This document shows, piece by piece, positions 13,418-31,031 of a stretch of 64,000 bases of DNA (its first letter is position 1; each line of letters starts with the position of its first letter). Below the pieces are notes generated by a model, which worked only from the letters and a program-made list of their open reading frames with translations, made no database searches and was not told the DNA's origin. A program made the translations under genes and the position numbers. Source of the DNA: the human T2T-CHM13v2.0 reference genome, Homo sapiens; assembly GCF_009914755.1 (NCBI RefSeq), contig NC_060926.1; one strand, given 5' to 3'.

Positions 13418-16400
13418 CTAGAAAAAATCAGTATAAAAGGGAATAAAAAAAAAAAAGGAAATTAAATTCTCCGTAACTCACACACAGCATAATTTTACAG
13501 ATTTATTTAAACATTATGAACCCTTGATCTAACAAAGTCTGATCCAAAGAAAATGTCTTATTGAGATCTCAAGCATGCACTTATTTGCAAATGAGCCAGC
13601 ACACATATATCTTTCCAACAAAACACTTATGGAATTACTGAGTCTTTTCCCACTGTTACAACATGTGTATAGGAAGTTCACTAAGGAGGAAATACAACCG
13701 TGAAACAAATACAAAGAGGTGGGGCCTTCCTCAGAGTAAGAATGTAGAGTAGATTGTTATATTGGAAGAATATCAGCCTTTCCACCCATCCATCTGGTTT
13801 CTGGAACATTGAGATCTTCCTTTAATAAATGGTAAGAACTCACACGTTTTAGGTCTTCAAAAATAAAATTTATGTTTTAGCTACACATAATGATTCACTA
13901 GTGAATGCATTCATTTAACAAATAGTAAATGCCTACCACATGCAATATATTATGCTACACACAAGGCACCCTTCTGGGGAGTCTTGTCAAAATGTTAGCT
14001 AACAATTGCTTTGAAACAGGTTTTCTTTTTTTTTTCTCAAGCCAGAGGTTTAGACAGTCATAACAGCATTCTTTTGCAAATGAAAGAAAAATATAAGTAT
14101 ATAGCATGTGGTTAACATTAATACTGTCTCATGAAATTTTTATTTTGGTTATATTAATATGTGTTTCAGTATGTCAGTATATGTACCTTTATGTGTTTTA
14201 GATTATACACATGCATACATCTGTTCATGTTTTTGCATAGCTATACACATATATACACATTCATGCATGTGCTCCTAGTAAAAAACCTGAAAACAATTGG
14301 TTTAGATAGAATGATCTCTGTCTTGCAGGAAGGCATCCTTGCATCCCTGAATTCTTGTACCTCTACACATCAAGATGTTGTCCTCTGACATCACTTAGCC
14401 ATTAGGAAAGTAGAAAGCAGGGAAAGACCCTGGGGCCCATCCCTAGCACCTCAGGGGTAAGGGTACCATCCCAAGGACACAAGTTTCCAGGCAGCAGCCT
14501 CCAAGAATTTTGTTAGAGATGTCCCATCACTTATGGCCCTACACTGTTTTACATCTGGACTCTGGATTGCAAGTGTAAGGAAGAAAGTGAAAATGAAAGA
14601 GAAAGTGGAACAAATATTGGCAACAGAGCCCCCAGAGGACAGTTGTCCCTTTTCCAACAAGTTAAGTGGAAAATGCTGTTGCCATGGGAGTACATAATAG
14701 AAAATCTAACTCAGTCTTGGAAGTCAGGTAAGAATTAAAGAATGGTTAGTAGTTACACCCTGGTGAGTTGGGGAAAAACAGATGGGATGAAGAGATGGAA
14801 TGGCTCATAGGCATTAGGAATCACATGTGAAGGAAAGAGAATGAGGGATACACTGCCTGATCAAATAATTAGAAGAAAAAATGGCTGGAAAGATATAGAG
14901 AATATACAACAGGTAAGCCTGTTAAATAATCTACATTTTATCCTAGAGCCCATGGGAAGCTACTATGCCATGTTTATAGGCATTGGCATGACAGGATCAG
15001 GTTGCCTTTGGGAACCATCACCCTGGTGTCACTGTGAAGAACTGACTAGAGGGAAATGAGACTGGGATCAATCAGGAGGCTACTTCAGGACCGTAAGCAA
15101 GAAATAACGATGGAGTCAGCTAAAAGATGACAGAGAGGGCTACGGAAATGCGGAGTTATTGGAAAAGTCTGAAATGTTTAGAAAGCAAAATTCCTAAGAC
15201 TTGAGATTTCCCTAAATTTACCATTTCCGTCATTGCCAAAAATGTTTAGCAACTTTGCAAAAACACTATGACAGAACCCCTAAGTTACATAATGTGGAGA
15301 ATTAAGCTCAATAAATGGTTGCTGAATAAATGAACAGAAAATATCAAAAACTTTGACTCCACTTATAGGTTTCTGTTTGAATTGCATCTTAAGATTTGTC
15401 TCTTTGTCATTCAGAATATACAGCATGTCATTAGTGGGAAGAATGTTATAATTCTTCAAACCTTATTAAAGATGAATAATCCCTGGGATCTAACATATAA
15501 ACTCAAAATTGATTATAGTTTGGGGTGCTGGCATTGTCTAGCCATGGCATGCTGTTTTTTGATGTTGCTTCATATGTCTGCTTTTATAACACAGAGGCTC
15601 ATGGGACCATGGTGACTGGGACTAATGATATTCATAAAGGAGTGAACTAAGCTAAATTTATTTCTAAAATGTTTTAAAAGTCTACCTTTACCAAAGATTA
15701 CACTTTCCTTGTAGCTTCTGGTAACTAACCTATGGCTGGGTGCAATTCTCTATCATGTGATTCAGAAAATAAGAGCTAAAATGTACCAATAATTAAGGAT
15801 AAGATATTAATATTGTTTAAGATTACATATTTTAATGATATCATAAACTTAGATAGATATCACAGAAATCTAATAATCCAAGCTCAATTCATTCACAATT
15901 AGAACAAAAAAATTTTGGGACTGTCTACTGAAACTTGGGTATGCACGCACATGCATGCACACACACGTGCACACACACATACACACACCCCTGTCAGTTA
16001 AATCTCAAAACCAAAACACTACAAATTAATTGCAGAATGCAGAACTCTTCTGGGTACACAGGAATCTAGTCAAAAGGTGACTAGTATAGTATCCTGGAAA
16101 GCACAAAGGGTTAGGACTGAGGCATCTGCATTCCACTTCAAACTCTTCTAGTAACCAGCTGTATAATCTTGGACAAACACTCTCTGTGGGAAAATAAGCA
16201 CAGTAATACATAAACTGTTTGCTTACCTCACAGACCTGTTGCTTCCAACATATCACAGGGGCTTACAGACACAGAATAAACAGAATGAGATAAAAATAAT
16301 GGGGGTCCTTTTTAAAAAATATAAAGTATTAAGAAGGTAAGTGATGATTTCACTTTTATATCCAGAAACTAGACAACTGCAAAACAAACCAATATTATGG

Positions 16401-17346
16401 ATCCTATCTGGGGAACAGTAAAGTGCCTCCAGGGAACTTGGGAAGTAAGATCATCCCTCTCAGAAGTAAGCTGCAAAATCAACACATAATAGATAGGGCA
16501 GATAGGCAAAATCGCTTAAATGAGAGGGAGAACCTAGAAGATTTCTCTAAAAATCTTCCAGTGTCTGATACTGAAATAAAATATATCACATTGTGTTCCC
16601 TATAAACAAAGTTTCAAACAACTAATTTAAAATGCATGACAACAATAATAGAAAAGGCAAAGATAGAATAATAGAATTTGGATAAGAAGAAATGTGTGTT
16701 GTAGCTAACACCGAAAAATAATAAAAGGAGGTATAAATAACACAATAGAGGGGAAAGTGGAATAAGAATAATTTAACTCAGATAAAAGTCAAGAAAATTT
16801 AGAAAAAAACAGATTGTAAGATGGCAAATCCAAATGCAAATATAATTCATAACTATATTAAATGTTAAAAAAACTATAATAGATTTAGATTGTCAAGAAA
16901 AAAATTGTATGCTGACAGATCTTAAACATAAGGACACGTAAAATTGAAAGTAAAAGAATGCAGGAGATATACCATGCAAGTACTAAAAGGAAACTGGAGT
17001 TAGCTATAATAACACAAGACAAAGGAGATTTTAAAGCAAGAAGCATTACTAGAAATGAAGAAGGCCATTTTATTATTTTAAATAACTTAATTCACCAGGA
17101 AGATATTGTAATTCTAAATCTGGATCATTCAATAATGTATCTTCTAAATAAATGAAGCAAAAATACATAGAACTAAATGGAAAAAAAAGAAATCCACAAT
17201 TACACTGAAAGACTTTAACACCCCTCTCATACAAATAGACCAAAACCAAGCAAACAAATAACGACCAAACACTAAGAACAGGGAAGATGTACAGAAATCA
17301 GTCAACAAACCTGACCTAATTGACATACGGTTGAACTAAGTATTTA

Positions 17347-17374
17347 TTAGGTTGGTGCAAAAGTAATTGTGGTT
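17347..17374 (+). mobile_element. MADE1/Hsmar1 terminal inverted repeat, single half
   Basis: ttaggttggtgcaaaagtaattgtggtt after TA; matches mariner TIR, no partner TIR seen. Confidence 0.85.
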
Positions 17375-17746
17375 ACACATTATTTCAAGTCCACATGGAA
17401 CCTTTACCAAAACTGATTATAATGTAGGATGTAAAGCAAGCTTCAACAAATTGCAAAGGATTGAATCATTCAAAGTATGTCTTGGCACAGCAGAAGTGTA
17501 CTAGAAGTCAGTATCAAAAAGATAACAAGCAAATCAGAACTCCATAAAAATTCAATGTTACACTTTTAAATAACCCACCGGTCCAAGAAGCAATCAAAGT
17601 GAAAATGAGGAAATGTTTTACACTAAATAATAATAAACTTGTGGAATGCTGATAAACCAGTGTTGAGAGAGAAATTTACTGCTTCAAATGAATAGGAAAA
17701 TAACAAAAGCTCGAAATCCATTACCTAACATACTATTTCAAGAGGC

Positions 17747-17777
<31 letters not shown>

Positions 17778-18157
17778 AGTAAACCAAACCCAAAGAGTGT
17801 AGAAGAAATTAATTATGAGGTTAAAACATTTAATGAAGCCAGAAAAGGCAAAAGTTGACCCTTTGAAAATATTAATAAGATAACCCCTAGCATAACTAAT
17901 TATTAAAGAAGAAAAAATTACTAATATCAGGTTTGTAAAAGGGACCTTTTTCACTGCATTTGTAGACATTCAAAAGAAAAGATATAATAAACAAGTTTAT
18001 GTTAATAAATTTAACAATAAACTGAGTACTTAAAAAATTCCAAATTGATATAAGAAACAATTTGAAAATGATCAGTCTGAAATCTATTAAAAACTTTCCT
18101 TCAAAGAGGTCTCAAGGCCTGCAACAATGAATTATTCCAAACATCAAAGAATTAGCA

Positions 18158-18475
<318 letters not shown>

Positions 18476-18990
18476 AAAGAATTAGCATCAATTTGTTGAA
18501 CACAGATGCAGAAATCCTGAACAAAATATTATAAAACATCTTTAAATTCCAGCAATATCTTTTTAAAAATTATATCAAAGTGACATTTATTTCAGAGATA
18601 TAAGGTGTTTTAACATTTGAAAATAAGTCAATTTAATATACCACATTTGAAAAGGAAAACAGGAGGAAAGACATATGATCATCTTGATAGATGCAGATAG
18701 TATATTTGATAATAATTCAAGTCACTTATAAAGAAGTTGTTAGCAAATCAGAAACTGAATCATCATTAAAAAAACATCAACCACTTGGGAACATACCTAA
18801 GGAAATCTGTGTAAAACCTCTACACTGAGAACCACAAAATATTAAGAGAAAAAAGAAGATCTAAATAAATGGAGGAAGAAAGCACTAAGTTCAAATCCTG
18901 ATGACACTATTCATATGACTTCACACAAGTTAATCAAGTCTCCTCAGCTATAAAATGGGATTAAAAAATTCCAACCTTCCCAAATTGTTA

Positions 18991-19311
<321 letters not shown>

Positions 19312-19689
19312 TCATCTTAAATAAATGTTTATATTTTTCCAGAATTTTTAAAACTGGTCTCTAGAAAAAATGATTTTGAAAAATAGTGAATACGGTTAAA
19401 ATTTTCTCAATCAGTTGCCTGAAGAATGGCCAAATTAAAAAAAAAAAGAAAAGATTTAGGATAAAAACTGGCTGGATGAAAAGTTAAAGAACGGGTTAAC
19501 AACTAGAGGCTTTTCTTAGACATATATTAGGAGATAACAATTTAACACCACAATAATTTCCATTTTTATTCTTAAGTGTATAAAAATTTGTTTACTGAAG
19601 TCATTAGAAGATAGAGTAGTTGCTATATGCAATTAAGAAGATAACTGCTCTTTTAAAAATCATAGATATTTGATAAGCAATAAAGTACA

Positions 19690-19950
19690 GTTGTTAAGAG
19701 CACTGACTTTGATGTTGAATGGTCTGGTTTCAAATCTAGGCTTTACCACTTACTAGCCCTCTAATTTTGAGCAAGGTACTTAACCATTCTGCAGTTCCCT
19801 CTCATCTGTAAAATAGGAAAAATGATAGTAACTACCTCACAGGGTGGATGCAAGATTTTAATAGCTAATAAGTTACTAAATAAGTTAAAATATGCAAAGT
19901 AGTGAAAACAAACTCTGGTACGTGGTAAGTTCTATATAAATATTTGGTTA
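19690..19950 (+). mobile_element. MIR SINE
   Basis: gttaagagcactgacttt..ttcaaatctaggctttaccacttactagc..ctcatctgtaaaatagg. Confidence 0.85.
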
Positions 19951-21614
19951 ATGCCAAATGTTTTGTGTCTAAGAACAATAAAAGAACCCTAGATAATTAA
20001 CAAAAATGTTTCCTCCACCATTTGTCAAGTGCACAGTTCATGACACGCCATGCCACTTTACCAACTAGGTAGTCCTGGACACATCAATAAAACTGAGTTT
20101 CAGATTGCTAAATTTAAAATGGGTATGATTATATTTGCCTCAAAGATTAATATGAGTCCTGATGAGATAATGTATGAAACGTATATGAAGGCATCTAAGT
20201 ATGTCATGGGTATGCTCAGCAAATATTAAATGAAAGCATTTATGTTACATAAATATAATATACCCATTGTAACTAAAACATATGATACTTGAATCTCTCT
20301 CCCCCTACAAACTTTTCAAAATGTATATCCACATTTAGGCCTTTCAAGTGTTTCAAAAGAAGATCTGACAAATCCATGCATATATTTTTATGGAACTACT
20401 AACACTTCATATAATAAATACATTTATAATTAGAAGAATTTAAGCACCAATGTCATTAAAGCTAAACCAAAAGATCATTTTGAAAATATCAGAAAACTTA
20501 CAATGGGCTTCTCTCATCATGTGTTCAAATGTATTTTAAAGCTACACTAAACATGTTGTTGGCAAAAGAAAAGAAACATACACAATGGAATAAAACAAAG
20601 ATTCCTATAATCAGAGCAATGTATATGAAGGAGTTTATTATAAAATAAAGGAGCCAGTTCCATAAATGGCATGAAAATAAAATTGGCTATCCATTTTGGA
20701 AACTATATAGTAAAACTTGTATGTGGAATAAAGTACATGGATTAAAGTTCTCAATATAAAAATGAAAACAATATAAATGACAAAAATATATGGAAATAGT
20801 TTCATAACGTTAGGATTAGGGAAGGTCTTTTAGAGAGTGACAAGAAATTCAGAAGCCAAAAAAAGACATGAAAAGCAGATATATGATCATTAAATATTCT
20901 ACTTGATCAAAGATACAATAAACAAATCTGATGAAGAAAAGACAGCCCGGGAGAAAATATCTACAACATGAACATTAGGTAAAGGATTAAAGACAAAGAA
21001 TATAAATTAAAAATTCCTAGAAGAAAATAAGATATATAAACAAAATAATACCTAACCTTATCACTCATCAAAGAAATGTAAATTAAAATGTTTATTTTTC
21101 ATGACTAACACGACATAATGTCAGGAAGTTTTTAGCCTTAAGAAAGAACAATGGGGCAAGATTCAATTCTAGGAAGTACAGAGAGGTATATGTATATAAA
21201 CAAGGACTTTATCTCAGTACTGCTTCCAACTATTTCCCAAGCTAAATGTCTATTCCAATATGAGACTCATCAAATCAATTATGATATTAAGATACAGTGG
21301 AATACTCTACATATGCTAAAAAATAAAGAAGAGCTATATTTCTAACAAGGAAAGAAGTTATTAAATGAAAAATGCATACTGCAGAATTATAGGTGTACTA
21401 TAATCCATTTAGATAGTAAAAAGTGGTAGGTATAATAATTGTGTATATATGAGAGGCAAAGATGGGGGCAGGGAGACTGAATATCATGATATACAAGTTG
21501 TTAAATATGGTTTTCTCTGGAGAGCGGGAGAGGACACAACTTTTATTCACTTCTGTAATCTTTAAATTCTGGCAATGGGCAACCACTAGATTTTATTTAA
21601 AAATAAAGATCTTA

Positions 21615-22005
<391 letters not shown>

Positions 22006-22799
22006 CTAAGAAATATATGCAAATGTACACTAAGGAATGATACAGTGATATTCATTGGAACATGGATTATAATATCAAAATAATGGAAAGCAAACTAAAC
22101 ATCCAATAATTTCAAGAAAATTAAGTAATTTATTGGTGTTATGGAACATTATGATGCCTGTAGATAGAATAATATGAATAAAATTTCCTAGAAGAAAATA
22201 AGATATATAAACAAAATAATACCTAACTTTATCACTCATCAAAGAAATGCAAATTAAATGCATGATGTACTGACATCAAACTATCTGGGACACGTATGTG
22301 GAAAAAATTGCAGAAAAGGAAGAGTAACAGTTTCGCACAGGAAAATCACATTACACTTATATATACACACACATATATAGAATATATATTAAATTACAAG
22401 CTACTAGGGAGGTAATTTGAGAACAAGGCAAATGGAATTCATAGGAGAAACAGATGACTTATGCATTATATTCTTTTATAGAGCTTGAATTTTAAAAAAG
22501 AAGCATGCTACTTTTTAAAAAAGATTACAAAAATGCTAATGTGTTTAAATATGAGATAGCTGTAATTTAAAGATAACTATATTATTTTGGAAAGTAAGCT
22601 ATATTTCTATAACACAATTAACTGTTTCATAAATCTGCTACTAGATTTCAAAATATCACATTTTAGTAGAGTGGCATTCTGATAAAAGAAAAAATACGCA
22701 TGTATTTATATAACCAACCACAAATAAAATATTGAGAATACAAATACATATTTATGCAATATAAAAATAAAATGGATCAGAGTTATCAGACTTTTTTCA

Positions 22800-22958
<159 letters not shown>

Positions 22959-23054
22959 CTAAACAAAATTCATTCCATTTAAGGGAACAAGGCAATGAGA
23001 ATGGCATTCAAGCAGAGCTATTTAATACATTACAGACTTAAAGCATTGGTATAA

Positions 23055-23457
<403 letters not shown>

Positions 23458-23916
23458 AACAACTAACATTTCTTATGATAAGTAGATAAAGAACGGTACT
23501 TGGCAAAGAATATTTTTTACAGGTTTTATGAGGCCAGTGAACCTTATCAAAGGCATACATTTTGCTAGCTGTTGTACATATGGTCAACAATTACCAGGAA
23601 TAGGGCAAGAATATAACAGTTCAAGAAAAATCTGTTTCCCTTACTGGAAAAAAAAATGAACTCAAAACACATAGCTTGCAAAAATTGGTGCAACAGAAAG
23701 AACATTTATCATGTTTTGTTACACAATGAAAGAGGTGTAAGAATAGCAACTTTATGGTAATTGATTTGGTAGCAAGGATTCTAGCTGCAAGATGAAGCAA
23801 GGTCTAGGGTCCAAATAATCACCACGAAATGAAGCAATGAAGAATCTGATAAATCTAAGAAGGCCTTTAACACAAATCCCAGTTCATAAATACAGATTTG
23901 GAGTTTACAACCATTA

Positions 23917-24117
<201 letters not shown>

Positions 24118-24475
24118 CTAATATTGCCAGACACAAAAAATAAGCAATAAAAAATAGCATAACTGGGTCCCATTAAAGGGCAACAGTTCTATAATTAATC
24201 TCTACATTTGTAATATTACATAAGACTTGGCATATATTAAAGCACAGGAACTTTAACAATTTCAAAAAGGTGATAAATGAGAAAAGCAGGTATGGATAGG
24301 TATAATTTATTAGGATAATTCTACCCATATTAACTGTGCTCTTGTCTATATAAATAACAATATGTGGACTAAGAGACACCATCTTGACTTTTCATTTCCA
24401 GAAGTCATTAAACTGCCAGTTATAGAGGGCTGAAGGATTGGTTCCCTTTGAAGAAAACACCACCTTAGTCTGTAG

Positions 24476-24834
<359 letters not shown>

Positions 24835-25000
24835 TAACAATAGTGCTGAATTACTGGATCTCAACTTTAAAAATAGAATCCATTTTTAAAAATTGATATC
24901 TCCCTTTTATTTTATTTATCCTTTAAAATGGATATCTCCCTTTTACTGTGATGGCTGGATCTTCAAATATTAAACATTATTTTAAAAAACATTCCTTTTA

Positions 25001-25222
<222 letters not shown>

Positions 25223-26147
25223 TTATTTTAGTTAGCCAGTAGCCTTCAGAGTATCTCTATATACCCAACAGTGTAATATTATAAAAACCTCATGCATACC
25301 CACACCCAAATTGTTTATGCTAGATCAGCTATTTCTGTCACTGAATCTTTCCATTTTCTGAAATGCAGGTAACTGAGTTCAGATAGATAGTAAATATCTA
25401 GGTTCTCCTTATTTGGACCTACACATTTTGCTATGTTTACTTCTGAAATGATGTGGGAGTGAAGGTACCAAAAAAATGATGGGAGAATAAAATTTTACTG
25501 TCCTCCTATGCATCTTGAGCTCTGATACTCATGGCATAAATTATATGCTGAAATAAATTACCTTAAAAAAATACAAAATCTTCTATTTCAGTATTTGTTG
25601 CTTACATTTGACCTGAAAATGTAGACTACTAAAGGTCAAATTACCAAAGTTATTGAAATAATAATGTGGTGTTAAGTCTTTAACATACAGTATTTCATCT
25701 AACTGGTCCAAAAACTCTTGAGAATTATTATCCCAGTTTTACAGATGATGTTAAGAGTTGCAGCTGATGTGTCAGATCTTCCTGAAACAAAACCTATACT
25801 TTTAACTATTACATTATAGTACATCAAAAATAAATCAACCCTATTTTGAATTATTTTCATATCATTAGAGATGACAGTGATAATCTTCTGGAAATACCTT
25901 AGAAAACACAATCTAGGAACTCCAGTCCATCTGTCTAAACATGCGGTGCTGCTCAGTTTCTCTGAATCACTCAGTGCTTAAAAGAATCTGAGCAGCTTTT
26001 TGAGTTTGATATAATATAGATGAGCCAATACTGAATTACTTCATCAACAGTTTACTATGATCTCAAGAGCTAAAAACGTTAATTTTCTCTTACATAGAGT
26101 GTATGCTTCTATGTTTACCCTTCTGTTTGGGGAGAAGAGGAAGAGCA

Positions 26148-26148
<1 letters not shown>

Positions 26149-26216
<68 letters not shown>
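26149..26216 (+). repeat. (TG)34 microsatellite
   Basis: direct read, uninterrupted. Confidence 0.97.
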
Positions 26217-26218
<2 letters not shown>

Positions 26219-26718
26219 GTGTATCCCAATAACTCATAAGGGCATCAGTGTGACATACTTTTAAGGTCATGCTCTTTCACCAAGAAATATCTGTAATCCA
26301 CACGTTAGCATGGTACATACTAAAATAACTTTTTTTTTCCTACAACTACTATATCGACTAATAAATACACCTGCCTATCCCGTAGATTACTGTTATATTA
26401 CATGATGCTCTTAAGTTATTAGAACACAGGGTACAATTTCCCTTCTCAAACAGGAAGATCTAGGGTCTAAAAATAATATTTGATAAGGAGAGCTGAGAAA
26501 CTACAGCAAGCCAGTTTGAAGGAATCATAATTATGTTTTAGGGAGAGCAAATAACTTGGTTAGAGTGATTGCAGTTGGTGGTAGAAGGAATCAGGACCAC
26601 ATTCAGAAAACGATCTGTAAAGTATTTGTGAAGCAGTTGAAAGAAAGTTAAAAAAAAATTGGGAATTAATATTAGTGGCTAAATGTATCAAAATATAATG
26701 GGTTAAGACAATTACTTA

Positions 26719-27111
<393 letters not shown>

Positions 27112-27534
27112 TTAAAACTAAACCCATGACCAAAATCAGATGAGCCTGTAAATATTGTTAGCTAGATAAATGTTTTCACAACTAGGACAACAGCAGCTGC
27201 TACAGAGGGTCACTGCTACTATATTAATGAGCACTTACTAAGCACCCAGCATTGAATAATGAAGAGCTGTACACACTGGCTCTTCATTAAGTGGCAGATT
27301 ATTCCCTCCACCAGAACACTGTTGTTACACTTTGGGTGAATATTCTACCTCATTTCCAAATGTGTACCTTGATGAATCTAAAATGTCATTTAAGAGTCAT
27401 CTCAACTTCAGAGATTATAAGAATTCCAGAAATGTTAAAATGTAATTTAAGTGTACCTCAGAATCAACTTTATAGGGTATAATTGGCCTTACTTGTTAAA
27501 TGTACTTTAAGTTAACTAGTAAAACAGAAATTCT

Positions 27535-27800
27535 CTCACACCTGTAATCCCAGCACTTTGGGAGGCCGAGCTGGGTGGATCACTTAAGCCCAGTAGTTTG
27601 AGACCATCCTGCATAACATAGGGAGACCCTCTACAAAATATTTTAAAAACTAGCTGGGCATGGCCCAGCTACTTGAGAGACTGAGATGGTAAAATCTCTT
27701 GGACCCAGGAGTTTGAGGTTGCAGTGAGCTATGATTGTATCACTGGATGCCAGCCGAGGAGACAGAGTGAGACCTTATCACTAAAAAATACAGTAAATAA
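27535..27800 (+). mobile_element. AluJ, slightly 5'-truncated with internal deletion
   Basis: gatcacttaagccc, gagctatgattg diagnostics; TSD gaaattct. Confidence 0.9.
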
Positions 27801-28345
27801 ATGGAAATTCTTTGTGATTTGGCAAATATTTAGAAATACAGCCTTCTTAATTTTCATTAAAATATGAAAAATAAGTGATTAGCAAGTGCTGCAACCTAAA
27901 ACAACGGATACAAATGACTTTGAGTTCCTCATTTTCTACAAAGTTGTAATTCTCCCAGAATTACTTTCTATCTTATCGTATATATTATTATTTTTAAAAA
28001 TATCTGACTTTATAATATTCCTATGAGTTTACCAAAGCTGTATTCATCAAGTATTTTGTCTCCTCATCTACTAGAATTTCAGGTTGGTACTTCCTTTTTA
28101 TTTCAGTAGTTCTGGAGTGTGCATAAATGTGTGTTTGTGTGTATGTGTATAAATCTTTTTAGAGATTCATAGGATTATAACTGCATTATATTATTACATT
28201 CATGGTAACCAAGAGAGTTGTACATCATGTTATTATGTTCCATTGTAGCCAACATGAGCACACTGATACTTAAGGTCAACCAGGAGCAAATTATGCTTAA
28301 CTTTCAGGGGCTTACAGGAAGTTTATTTTTAGTGCAAGGTAATGA

Positions 28346-28731
<386 letters not shown>

Positions 28732-28775
28732 TAAGAAAGTTCACATCCGAGCCCTTAAATTAAAACTTGACCTAC

Positions 28776-29000
28776 CTGCTCTCCATTTAAGCGGTGAACG
28801 TCTATCAATTCAAGAAAGATCGATAAACGATGGCTTGTATCAACTTCAGTTTTTCTGTCTTTTGATTTTGTGGAAGCTCCAATTCTTTTCATTCCTGGTA
28901 AACTCATTGCCATATGCAGTGTTTTAATTGCGTCTGCTATTTCTCCCATTTTCTTTTGTGACTGAGCTTTTATCAAATGATATAAAGGATAGTCTCTCAC
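28776..29000 (-). CDS. TTC21B: TTC21B exon 14 (225 nt, [11 protein letters not shown]...LNGEQ)
   Basis: ttcag|GTGAGA acceptor, CAG|gtaggt donor; ORF 28755..29000. Confidence 0.97.
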
Positions 29001-29639
29001 CTGAAGAATAATATTTAATATTTCCTTGGAGTGCTTACAACATCAACACATAATTTACAATCCATCAAACATTAAAATAATGAGATCACTGAGAACAGTC
29101 CATCTTTGATTGTATGCATGAGGTCTATCTCTGCCCTCTTATTAACCCTCTGATTATGTATCACATTAAATCGGATTCAGGAAAATTGCTTCTCCCTGCA
29201 TCCTTTGAGATGACAAAGAGGTTGATTACATATTTCTACTGTGACAGAAGAGAAAGTGCAAACAAGCTTTATAAGGCTAGCAAATACATTCTAAGAGATT
29301 ACTTGAATTTTCAGGAAAAGAATTTCTTTATCTGGCACTTCTACAACTGATATGAAGTTATTAGATTTCTAGAAACACTGTTTCTCCCCTTTATTTTTTT
29401 AATTTGAAGATTAAAAGTTTCAGGACATTTTAATCAAACATTGACCTTCCCCTTTGACACTACTCCTAAATATGTAGTTCTGAAGCTTCCATCTTTACGT
29501 TGGCTATCAACAGTATATACAGAAAACATAAGAAAATGATAAAAATGAGGTGGGAAAAAGAAGTCAAAGGGAAGGAGAGGACTCAGAACGAGGTGACGTG
29601 GCAGCCACCTAGCGATTAGGAAGTCTATAATCCTCCTGA

Positions 29640-30113
<474 letters not shown>

Positions 30114-30779
30114 TTCTGCAAATCTTAATTAGGATTCTCTAATTCCCTGAAGGGTTCTCTCTTAACAGGGTCCATGACCCTGTGAAGCAAAGCAGAAGTT
30201 TTCAGAGCTCCTCCATGACTTGAGGTAGTTCAGGAAGCAACTGAACCTAGGATTTTCCCTAACGTTGAGGGGATACTGGATATAACACATAATATCTTGG
30301 ATAGAAAAGTACTGTGTTTTTATATCCTCAAACCACAAAATTACTTTCAAAATGACAAGATGTTCTTTCACAATGAATCTAAAAAGAAGTTATTAAAAAC
30401 TAAGGTCCAAGAAATAAACAGACAATTATTATCTTTATACATAAAAATATTTGACATAAGGATCATCATTTTTATATACCTTCATTATTGCATTTAATTC
30501 TCATTGTAACAGCAGAGTATTAGTAAATGAGTTTTACAGAAAAGAAAACTGAGGCTCAGAGAGAAGTGAAAGACCAGACATTAACCTCAGGATTTTTGTC
30601 ACCAAGTCCACATAGTTTTTTACCCATACCTGAATTGCCTCAATTTTTCCTCCTACTGCTTGTGAGTTCCATTTTTTTTTCCATTAAAAATGCAACTGTT
30701 AGCAAAATACTACAGGCTAAAACACAAAATACTTGAATATGTAAGCTTTCAAGGAGGGTGATATGTCTTATCCACTTCA

Positions 30780-31031
<252 letters not shown>

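Noticed and set aside
15941-15997. Second UG-rich tract next to an AG in intron 19 as a cryptic exon
   Set aside because: Repeat is interrupted and the acceptor (ttaactgacag) lacks a pyrimidine tract; too weak to claim
26044-26239. HTHT/CVCV ORFs (also 42128-42430, 49233-49446, 38483-38704)
   Set aside because: Microsatellite translations
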